Source: an uncultured virus (IMG/VR IMGVR_UViG_3300006752_000020) (lineage: Duplodnaviria; Heunggongvirae; Uroviricota; Caudoviricetes). Taken from it: 64,000 bases of DNA. Shown here piece by piece: positions 46,542 to 53,089 of the stretch. The stretch lies in IMG/VR virus record IMGVR_UViG_3300006752_000020. One strand, 5' to 3'. The position numbers were made by a program, and so were the translations under genes. How positions within the stretch are numbered: the first letter of the stretch is position 1; each line of letters opens with the position of its first letter. The notes beneath the pieces are model-generated. The model was not told where the DNA came from. It was given only the letters and a program-made list of their open reading frames with translations, and did not search any database.

Positions 46542-47810
46542 TTAGGCGAATGAGTGAGCAGGGAGACCGTCAACAAAGATGAGATCGATGACTCTTTGCA
46601 AACGATTGCGTGTTGCTTGTGATGCTTTGCCACACAGAGGGACAGTCACAACACCGTGAGATTTACGGTAATCTGATAATTTGCCAGGGATGATTCTACC
46701 CTCTGCAATATCCTTTGCATCATCTTTGTGTAGACGGATGACACGACCGATAGTCTGTGCCATCTCAATCACGGGCAGATTACGCAGTAGAATAGTATGA
46801 GTCAAACCAGGGACATTGATACCCTCAGACAGAATGGAGTAGTGAAAGACGATAAACTTTTTGTCATCATCTTTACCCCACTCAGTGAGGGTTTCAAAGA
46901 ACTTATCACGACCAACTTTCTGACGATTGACATATGCACCATGCTTTGATGTAATATGTAAGATGTCATATCCCATCTCATTGAGTGAATCAAGGATATC
47001 TGTGCGTGATAGCATAGCCCACAATATGCGAGTATTGGGAGCAGCAACTAGAATCTTTGCAGAACTCTCATCACCAAGATCATCGATGATATCTAACACC
47101 ATCTCACGATCTACATCATGTGCATTATGCTTGTTACGCACAAGTTCTGTCTCATGGACAACTAACTCTGGAGGAATGATGCTGCCATTGTTGATAAGTT
47201 CGGGGGCAGGTACACTCTCCAGAGTATCACCGAAGACGACTTTATTGTTCATCCCAGCAGCATACGGATTGCGTGAGTATTTGGGAGTTGCAGTAAAGAA
47301 ATAAGCATTAGATGCTAGTTGTGAAGTAGCAGCAACACCAACAAAGTGATTCTTTTGAGTTGCATTGTGTGCTTCATCACAATACAAAACATCGACTTTG
47401 ATGCCACTGTCAACAATCTTGTGTAAACTGTGGTAGGTAGTGAAGATCAGTTGATGGACAACTGCATTCATACAAACATCATCATGACGCTGAATCTCAG
47501 CGACTTTAGTAGTCTTGAAATGAGAAGTCTCACCACTGTGAATATGCATCACAGTATAGTTGTTGTTGTACTCATATCCATCAATACCGTCAAGATATTG
47601 CATGAACTCACTACAAAGTTGTGAAGCGAGGAGAATACGAGGAGCAACAACAACTACAGTGAGAGGATTGACTGCACTGTCAAGTTTACGAACACAATCT
47701 TCCATCATGATGACGGTCTTGCCGCCACCAGTAGGAACATAGACACACCCTTTAGTTGCGTTTTGAATAGCATCAAGAGCGCGTTTCTGGTGAGGTCGGA
47801 GTTGCATCAA
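46542..47810 (-). CDS. superfamily 2 DEAH helicase (ResIII-like)
   Basis: LRPHQ, PTGGGKT, DEAH, FTATP, LSEGINVP, QTIGRVIR. Confidence 0.9.
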   Translation of the reverse strand: MMQLRPHQKRALDAIQNATKGCVYVPTGGGKTVIMMEDCVRKLDSAVNPLTVVVVAPRILLASQLCSEFMQYLDGIDGYEYNNNYTVMHIHSGETSHFKTTKVAEIQRHDDVCMNAVVHQLIFTTYHSLHKIVDSGIKVDVLYCDEAHNATQKNHFVGVAATSQLASNAYFFTATPKYSRNPYAAGMNNKVVFGDTLESVPAPELINNGSIIPPELVVHETELVRNKHNAHDVDREMVLDIIDDLGDESSAKILVAAPNTRILWAMLSRTDILDSLNEMGYDILHITSKHGAYVNRQKVGRDKFFETLTEWGKDDDKKFIVFHYSILSEGINVPGLTHTILLRNLPVIEMAQTIGRVIRLHKDDAKDIAEGRIIPGKLSDYRKSHGVVTVPLCGKASQATRNRLQRVIDLIFVDGLPAHSFA

Positions 47811-47833
47811 GTGCGTTGCTTGCTTATGGGTTA

Positions 47834-47889
47834 ATTATAGCAGATCCATATCCTTGCGTCTATGACCACCAGACGGTTCATCAACTGTC
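47834..47889 (-). promoter_or_regulatory. early promoter with 7-4-7 palindrome
   Basis: GACAGTT-GATG-AACCGTC, N32, -10 TATAAT with extended TG. Confidence 0.75.
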
Positions 47890-47996
47890 CTAGTATACTC
47901 GTACCATGGATGAGTATACTCTTGTTGCATATTATTCTCTACCCATTTCTTCAGAGATTCGTATCTCGCTTTCCAAATTAACGCTTCTTCAGTCAT
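47835..47996 (-). CDS. small hypothetical protein (53 aa), not in ORF track
   Basis: Own translation MTEEALIWKARYESLKKWVENNMQQEYTHPWYEYTRTVDEPSGGHRRKDMDLL. Confidence 0.55.
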   Translation of the reverse strand: MTEEALIWKARYESLKKWVENNMQQEYTHPWYEYTRTVDEPSGGHRRKDMDLL

Positions 47997-48189
47997 TTTT
48001 GTCTAATACTTCAATGTGTGATAGAAATTGTGCAGGTGCTTGAAACCATAACATTTGTGCATGTTCCCAATTGTCAACAACTACAGATTGTTTATTTGAA
48101 TAAACAATTTTGTAATCATGTCTCTCATAAGACTCGCTAGAAGTTTCTGTGAAATAACGCGGATCGTTACGGTCAATCAATTGGGACAT
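47989..48189 (-). CDS. small hypothetical protein
   Basis: ORF track; YFTETSSESYERHDYKIV...LSHIEVLD. Confidence 0.7.
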   Translation of the reverse strand: MSQLIDRNDPRYFTETSSESYERHDYKIVYSNKQSVVVDNWEHAQMLWFQAPAQFLSHIEVLDKND

Positions 48190-48338
48190 TCTGGTTTGAG
48201 TCGATGTCCATATTCTATCACAACTTCATCGTGTTCTGCGAGGTCAGTTGTGACAGTTCTTCGAGTGATTTTATACTTATCACCAAGCATTTTAGCAGCA
48301 GTATGCAAAGCCCATGCTAATTCATTGTCTTTAGACAT
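48177..48338 (-). CDS. small hypothetical protein (53 aa), not in ORF track
   Basis: Own translation MSKDNELAWALHTAAKMLGDKYKITRRTVTTDLAEHDEVVIEYGHRLKPECPN. Confidence 0.6.
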   Translation of the reverse strand: MSKDNELAWALHTAAKMLGDKYKITRRTVTTDLAEHDEVVIEYGHRLKPECPN

Positions 48339-48540
48339 TTTTCTCCGCTCGTATTTGCTTGAAGTATAGTTTATAATAGTTTTTCTTTATAGATTCAATC
48401 TTGAGCATATCTTCTTCAAATCCTAAGAATTTAAGCATCTGATATGACCCCTCTAACTCACTAATTAACCTTGCATAATTAGCAGAACATCTCTCCTGTC
48501 CACCAAATTCATACTTACTCAACGCCATATAATACTCCAC
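48331..48540 (-). CDS. small hypothetical protein
   Basis: ORF track. Confidence 0.7.
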   Translation of the reverse strand: MEYYMALSKYEFGGQERCSANYARLISELEGSYQMLKFLGFEEDMLKIESIKKNYYKLYFKQIRAEKNV

Positions 48541-48862
48541 CTTTGAATGTTAAATATCGTCGCGGAAGTGCTGCATAGTGCGCGTTCCACTGCGCTGGAT
48601 ATACTTCTATCTCCTTATCTATGAATACGGGACTAACTTTACCATGACAACCATTTGGAACTGGTTTTACTTTCTCCCATATATTCTCTGCTTTCTCATT
48701 GATAATAAGATCTTGTGTTCCTTGATAATTGATATCCCACAATCTACCTAGAGGATCTATCCAATAATGATACATGCAACACTCTAAGTCCTTGGTCTGC
48801 AATTCTTTAGTAAACCCAGCACCAAGATCATAAGAAGATCTTAGAGTATCAAACATGCCCAT
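48515..48862 (-). CDS. conserved phage hypothetical protein
   Basis: MGMFDT...LQTKDLEC.M.HYWIDPLGRL. Confidence 0.75.
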   Translation of the reverse strand: MGMFDTLRSSYDLGAGFTKELQTKDLECCMYHYWIDPLGRLWDINYQGTQDLIINEKAENIWEKVKPVPNGCHGKVSPVFIDKEIEVYPAQWNAHYAALPRRYLTFKGGVLYGVE

Positions 48863-48863
48863 G

Positions 48864-49568
48864 TTATTGATAGATGTGAAACATCATACCGTGGTATCCA
48901 GAGTTATACTTTTTGCCTGATCCTTTCATCTGAAGATGGAACAGTTTAACTCCACTAGCGGTACGAAAATGTAATGTCGTATTATTTAGAGTCCACTCTC
49001 CATCCTCACATAACTCTCTAAGATATGCAACATCGATGAAGCGCATTTCATCAGTTTTCTTATTACGCCATATCATTTGACTCACAGGATATCCATCATT
49101 AAGACCATGACGCACTATCACATCAAAAATTGCCATCTTATTGGCGTTCATGAAGGTCATGAAGGCGTCTTTAATACCCTGAGGGATATTATCAGCGTAC
49201 ACACGATTTTGACGGATCTCAGCGTCACTCAGAACGAGATCCTTATGGCGTAAACAAACAGTAGACATACCAAAGTTATTAGGAACACCAAAGAACAACC
49301 TAATAAACAGAGCTGGAAAAGTCTCTTGAAGTCCAAAATACTCAATGAATTTACGAGAGGATAATAATGCTACTTGAGTATGGTTCTTACTTACATTCTT
49401 GACAGAGTATGCAATACCAGAATCGTTGTCATAAACATCGACTTTAGTATCTGGGCGACCATTAACAACATGATCACCACCAAATACCTCATTTAAATAT
49501 GCGGGAAGATCATGCTCATATGCGTGACCCTCAAATTTGGCGAGTCGTCCTGCTTCAGTAGCGTTCAT
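48864..49568 (-). CDS. putative PD-(D/E)xK endonuclease, restriction-enzyme-like
   Basis: G..AK.EG..YE, TKVDV, YSVK..S...TQV, HLQMKGSG. Confidence 0.6.
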   Translation of the reverse strand: MNATEAGRLAKFEGHAYEHDLPAYLNEVFGGDHVVNGRPDTKVDVYDNDSGIAYSVKNVSKNHTQVALLSSRKFIEYFGLQETFPALFIRLFFGVPNNFGMSTVCLRHKDLVLSDAEIRQNRVYADNIPQGIKDAFMTFMNANKMAIFDVIVRHGLNDGYPVSQMIWRNKKTDEMRFIDVAYLRELCEDGEWTLNNTTLHFRTASGVKLFHLQMKGSGKKYNSGYHGMMFHIYQ

Positions 49569-49589
49569 GGTTCCCTGTCTTATGTCTAT

Positions 49590-49645
49590 ATTATAGCAAC
49601 TAGAACCGGATCATGACTTCTTTTTGGTCCGCTTCTTAAAGTGTC
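49590..49645 (-). promoter_or_regulatory. early promoter with 7-4-7 palindrome
   Basis: GACACTT-TAAG-AAGCGGA, N32, -10 TATAAT with extended TG. Confidence 0.72.
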
Positions 49646-51026
49646 CATCCATCATGGAATCTAACACAATTTCACCAAATTTCTCACTAGGTTCCCACAA
49701 TGGTGACATGAGAGGATATTTATCTGCATATGGAGCACCTAAACCATATACTGCTTGACAGAAACTTTGGTAGGGACCTAACATTCTATATGGTTCATCT
49801 GACTCATCTGTCATTCTTTGACGCAGATAAGTTTTATCCTCTGATTGTGCTTGATGTCTAAAATAATCAAGTCTAATGTTCTCTTCAACAGGAACTTCTT
49901 CCATCTTCTCATATACTAATCTACGCTCAGTTGAGTGTAGATCTTTATCCTCAAGCAACCTACATGCCGTTTCTCTAGCGTTAATCCAGAAATCAGATTG
50001 ACGATACTGTGTACCAAATTGTAGATAGAATGCCATAAAAGCAGCAGCATCGATCTGGTGATCTCTCCACCTATCTTCAATTTCTAGACGCTGTAAGTTA
50101 TTGCATGGACTATCATTATCACCAAATATAAATTCTCCTAATGCTTCGCCAACATCAGTCTCAACATAACTATTAAACCCAATTAAATCATCGTTCATAC
50201 CTAGAGCACGACCACATCTTGCATACATTTTATTACTATGAATGCAATACTCAGATACTTTATGATCAGAATCAGTCTTCTTATATGAGCAATGCTTTTT
50301 AACAGAGCAATGCTTATTAAAATCTTCTACTGCCTCTTCTTCAGTTGTAATCTCATGATCATATGAATAGATCCATGTTTGTGCATCTTGTGTAGGAATA
50401 CCAGTCAAATATCCATGCTCACATGCAATAAATGCGCTGTAGTCCCAGTCACCAGGAATCTTACGATTAACAGTTAATTTTGTATCAGATGGATTGAATA
50501 GTGCATCTTTAAATGAAGTCTTATCCCACAGTCCACCTCTTACACAGTCAACGACGAAATCAAACTCCTCACCGTCGATATATGCACTATCCTCATCAAA
50601 TGTAACATCTTTAACTCTCTTATCAACTAAGTTAAGGTTAAAGTGTTGATTTCGTACATTATCCCAAAAGAAGTCAACAAACTTACCTTCATCAATATGC
50701 ATTGATACCTCAGTAGGATCAAACATAACGAAGAAGTTTTTATCAGTACGATTACCAAACCCAATAAACTTTAACCCAAGTTTTTGAGTCGCATCAAATC
50801 TTTTATGAAAGTCGAGTGTACTAATTGTGGTGTTGGTAGCAATAACAGTAAGCCAAAGTGTATTGACTTGCACTCCGAAGTTGTCAATTTTATGCGAGCA
50901 ATCCCGTATCCATGTAATTTCGTCATCCTGAAAAATGCTATCTGAATTATCTCTACGAGCAATGAGTTGTGTAACAGTCGCTACAGCATCTGCACCTGCA
51001 CCGATAACAGCGATTTTCCTACTCAT
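49611..51026 (-). CDS. divergent flavin-dependent tryptophan-halogenase (PrnA)-like protein
   Basis: KIAVIGAG, DATQKLGLKFIGF, MHID, FDFVVDC, HGYLTGIP, YLQFG..SDFW. Confidence 0.7.
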   Translation of the reverse strand: MSRKIAVIGAGADAVATVTQLIARRDNSDSIFQDDEITWIRDCSHKIDNFGVQVNTLWLTVIATNTTISTLDFHKRFDATQKLGLKFIGFGNRTDKNFFVMFDPTEVSMHIDEGKFVDFFWDNVRNQHFNLNLVDKRVKDVTFDEDSAYIDGEEFDFVVDCVRGGLWDKTSFKDALFNPSDTKLTVNRKIPGDWDYSAFIACEHGYLTGIPTQDAQTWIYSYDHEITTEEEAVEDFNKHCSVKKHCSYKKTDSDHKVSEYCIHSNKMYARCGRALGMNDDLIGFNSYVETDVGEALGEFIFGDNDSPCNNLQRLEIEDRWRDHQIDAAAFMAFYLQFGTQYRQSDFWINARETACRLLEDKDLHSTERRLVYEKMEEVPVEENIRLDYFRHQAQSEDKTYLRQRMTDESDEPYRMLGPYQSFCQAVYGLGAPYADKYPLMSPLWEPSEKFGEIVLDSMMDGHFKKRTKKKS

Positions 51027-51049
51027 GCGTCTAGAATTATATCTTCGTC

Positions 51050-51056
51050 TATTTAG
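51050..51056 (-). promoter_or_regulatory. late promoter-like motif CTAAATA
   Basis: tatttag on + strand, 24 nt upstream of the halogenase-like ATG. Confidence 0.55.
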
Positions 51057-51214
51057 TTAAGAACCGGTAGAATATCATAGTCTTCAATTCCTTGCTCTTT
51101 TAGCACATTAATGTACCAGATTACATCTTCTTGTCTGTAGAATACTGCCTTTTGAAATGAAGAGTATCCTTTCTTTGGACGCTTCCAACAGAGAGCGAAT
51201 TTCATTGAACTCAT
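51053..51214 (-). CDS. small hypothetical protein
   Basis: Likely start MSSMKF or MKFALCW rather than the overlapping ORF-track start. Confidence 0.65.
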   Translation of the reverse strand: MSSMKFALCWKRPKKGYSSFQKAVFYRQEDVIWYINVLKEQGIEDYDILPVLN

Positions 51215-51248
51215 AGCTATAGTTGTGCTGAACTTCGACAAAGTTAGT

Positions 51249-52427
51249 CTACTTGGTTGCCCAGGTCTTGTCAACCGTAATGTTGGCAAGACGAAACTCA
51301 TCGTCAACAAACTTCATCATAGACTTATCGTTGTGGACAACATAACCCTCTGGATTTGTAGGAGTTTGACCGATGAATGTCTTGATAGTACCGACTTTGT
51401 TGAGTTGATCGATAACCATCTTCTTAGCACTACGAATAGAAATATATGCAGCAACTAGAAAATAGAACTCACGACGGTGATGTGCAATAAACATAAGACC
51501 ATCAGATTCCATGTTGTCATACTTTTTCTGAGTGGCAGCAGTCTTTTTCTTACCTTTCTCAGTTTGAATAGCAACTCTGTAGAATTGTGCAAACTCAGCA
51601 ACCATTGTCTTTGCATTGACAATGCCACGACCAGCACGAATGCGCTGATTGAAGAACTTCTTAATGAGAAGGTGCATCATTAGATTAGATCTACCTTGAC
51701 CTTGTAAGATGTCAAGAAACTTAGAAGATTGCTTTAGCGCACCTTGTGCGCGATTGATGTGAGCATTGAAAGTATACAGATCTCCTTGATCAAACAAAGA
51801 AGAACCAGTGGCATCAATAAAATTCGCACTGGCAACAAAAACATCTTCAGTAGAATGATACTTAGGGGCTTTCTTGAGAGGTACAACTTCCGCAGTCTGT
51901 AGAGTATCGCCCTTGTATTTTGTATGAAATACGATTCCAAGTTTGGAAAGATGAACGACAGAACCTGTACGGGAATTACGATCAACAGCGTAAGTAATAG
52001 TATTAGGAGTGAAACAAATAACTCTGTTTCCACCGATAATGCCGCTTCTCTTATCTTCCGCAGTGAATAATAAGTCACCTTGAACGATACCTGAGATATT
52101 GAGTTGAGGAAGATACTGCAAGCAATCTTTGAGTTTAGATGCAAGTTGACCAGTATAGAAACGATCTACATCAGTGTCATCAAAACAGATCTTTGGATTG
52201 ACTTTGTTGAATACTGATTTAGTACCAACAAAGAAACGACCACTGACAGGTTCTGTGCCACAAATGATAGCTGGAGCACCATCCCACTTCGTGGTGATAT
52301 TTAAGTCACTAGACTTGCCAGACAACATGTCACTGAACTGACGCAAAAATGTGATGACATTGAAACCACCAGCGGTGCCGCTGTTCAGGATCTCGTCTTC
52401 TAGGTGCTCAAGGTGTGTGTTCTTCAT
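51249..52427 (-). CDS. DUF6267-like conserved T4-type phage protein with ligase-type motifs
   Basis: NTHLEHLED, TTKWDGAPA, FFVGTKSVFNK, QGDLLF, FTPNTITY, PEGYVV, KFVD. Confidence 0.8.
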   Translation of the reverse strand: MKNTHLEHLEDEILNSGTAGGFNVITFLRQFSDMLSGKSSDLNITTKWDGAPAIICGTEPVSGRFFVGTKSVFNKVNPKICFDDTDVDRFYTGQLASKLKDCLQYLPQLNISGIVQGDLLFTAEDKRSGIIGGNRVICFTPNTITYAVDRNSRTGSVVHLSKLGIVFHTKYKGDTLQTAEVVPLKKAPKYHSTEDVFVASANFIDATGSSLFDQGDLYTFNAHINRAQGALKQSSKFLDILQGQGRSNLMMHLLIKKFFNQRIRAGRGIVNAKTMVAEFAQFYRVAIQTEKGKKKTAATQKKYDNMESDGLMFIAHHRREFYFLVAAYISIRSAKKMVIDQLNKVGTIKTFIGQTPTNPEGYVVHNDKSMMKFVDDEFRLANITVDKTWATK

Positions 52428-52433
52428 GTCTGT

Positions 52434-52488
52434 ATTATAGCGCCTACACTGCGTTGTGGGCGGTTTAGTGGACAGTTCTTCATCTGAA
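52434..52488 (-). promoter_or_regulatory. early promoter with degenerate palindrome
   Basis: TTCAGAT-GAAG-AACTGTC, N31, -10 TATAAT; ATG 6 nt after the -10 box. Confidence 0.65.
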
Positions 52489-53082
52489 CCCAGGACCGTT
52501 TGCCCAGACCACTAGAGAGCGTCTAGTGCCCCTTGTGACAGGTGTCACACGATGAACCACATAGCTAGGAAACATCGTAACTATGCCTCTATCATCTGCT
52601 GCTGTTTGAATGACACCATTATGTAACTGCAACTCACCACCATCATAATCATCAGGATCAGATAGTTGCACCGACATACTTAACTTTCTGGGTGGCATTT
52701 CACCCAGAACCATATTATCTACATGCCAACGATAAAATGAATCATTATCATTGTAAACAGTATATTGTAGATGTTCATGAAATCCATGAATATCAAATCT
52801 CCAATGCATACCATTCATACATCTAAGAATATTACCCAGTCTGTCATATATCCACTCAGTATCATCATTCAACTCAATCCATGAGTTCTTTGACTTTCTA
52901 ATACTTGTTTCTATTTCGTGCGATTCTTCATCCTGCCCTACAACTGAGTCATGAGGATTTAATGACTCTCCATAAGTAATAATCTTATCACATTCTTCAG
53001 ATGTAAATCCATCTTCCCAAGACTCATATAATATTTCCCCCGTACCAAAGTTTGGTGAGGGAGATATGCGATAAATTGACAT
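52480..53082 (-). CDS. 2OG-Fe(II) oxygenase (prolyl-4-hydroxylase/PKHD-like)
   Basis: FYRWHVD (HxD), RKLSMSVQLSDP..YDGGEL, FPSYVVHRVTPVTRGTRRSLVVW. Confidence 0.93.
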   Translation of the reverse strand: MSIYRISPSPNFGTGEILYESWEDGFTSEECDKIITYGESLNPHDSVVGQDEESHEIETSIRKSKNSWIELNDDTEWIYDRLGNILRCMNGMHWRFDIHGFHEHLQYTVYNDNDSFYRWHVDNMVLGEMPPRKLSMSVQLSDPDDYDGGELQLHNGVIQTAADDRGIVTMFPSYVVHRVTPVTRGTRRSLVVWANGPGFR

Positions 53083-53089
53083 AATAAAA

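Noticed and set aside
48212..48269. Possible ninth palindrome promoter (TAGAAT at 48212-17, GACAGTT at 48252-58)
   Set aside because: Spacing is 34 nt rather than 32 and the second arm is poor; may be an ordinary extended -10 promoter
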